Of a stretch of DNA of 64,000 nt, positions 63,655 to 64,000 are shown in pieces. A model generated the notes under the pieces. That model had not been told where the DNA came from, did no database searches, and saw nothing but the letters and a program-made list of their open reading frames with translations. The stretch comes from Nitrospiraceae bacterium (GTDB lineage Bacteria > Nitrospirota > Nitrospiria > Nitrospirales > Nitrospiraceae). Numbering within the stretch: position 1 is the stretch's first letter; every line of letters begins with the position of its first letter. The stretch covers positions 224,001-288,000 of the forward strand of contig JBFWWG010000004.1 in NCBI GenBank assembly GCA_050246315.1, written 5' to 3'. A program made the position numbers and the translations under genes.

Positions 63655-64000
63655 ATGAAACGCGCCGCGCTGTGCTTCCTCTGGCACATGCATCAACCCT
63701 ACTATACCGATCCGGTCACGAAATCGGCGAGCATGCCCTGGGTACGGCTCCACGCCACCAAGGCGTATTTCGACATGGCCTACCTGCTCGATCGGTTTCC
63801 TCACATCTCCGCCACCTTCAACTTTACGCCGTCGCTGCTCATGCAGTTGGAAGAGCTGACCGCCGGCACGATTACGGACGTCTTTCTGGAGCATGCGAGG
63901 AAACCGGCTGCGGAATTGTCTCCGGAGGAACGCGCCTTCGTGATCCGTCATTTTTTTGCGGCCAATTGGGCCACCATGGTGCGCCCGGCCCTACGCTATC
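63655..64000 (+). CDS. glycoside hydrolase family 57 (partial)
   Basis: Manual translation MKRAALCFLWHMHQPYY...MPWVRLHATKAYFDM...FNFTPSLL. Confidence 0.9.
   Translation, partial: MKRAALCFLWHMHQPYYTDPVTKSASMPWVRLHATKAYFDMAYLLDRFPHISATFNFTPSLLMQLEELTAGTITDVFLEHARKPAAELSPEERAFVIRHFFAANWATMVRPALRY

Overview
GC-rich bacterial chromosome segment. Gene content and the style of its intergenic repeats suggest a Nitrospira-like organism (inference). No rRNA, tRNA or CRISPR array was seen. The left part (1-17.7 kb) holds a partial PAS sensor, envelope and lipoprotein genes, two paralogous TolB-like beta-propeller lipoproteins, a gluconokinase and prfC. The middle (about 19-42 kb) is an accessory patchwork with nnrS and SufT-like genes, acetolactate synthase, sdaA, sigZ and arsI/cadI, pseudogenes, three MITE-like elements and a REP-associated tyrosine transposase. 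It also holds an operon for a 7x56-aa lectin-like propeller/metzincin fusion, a HEAT-like protein and a GH13 enzyme. The right part is mostly core: a TA pair coupled to gltBD, imuB-dnaE2, ispB, DUF1015, an NtrC-type regulator, amgK-murU, a DEAD-box helicase, NlpC/P60, an aldo/keto reductase, VanZ and a partial GH57. The top candidates for something undescribed are (1) a tandem, structured ~75-nt leader motif ending at the ribosome-binding site of two unrelated exported-protein genes (2393-2575 on -, 9244-9395 on +), (2) the propeller-metzincin/HEAT/GH13 operon, and (3) a palindromic operator over the promoter of an imuB-dnaE2 cassette that lacks imuA. All family assignments come from motif recognition, not database searches.
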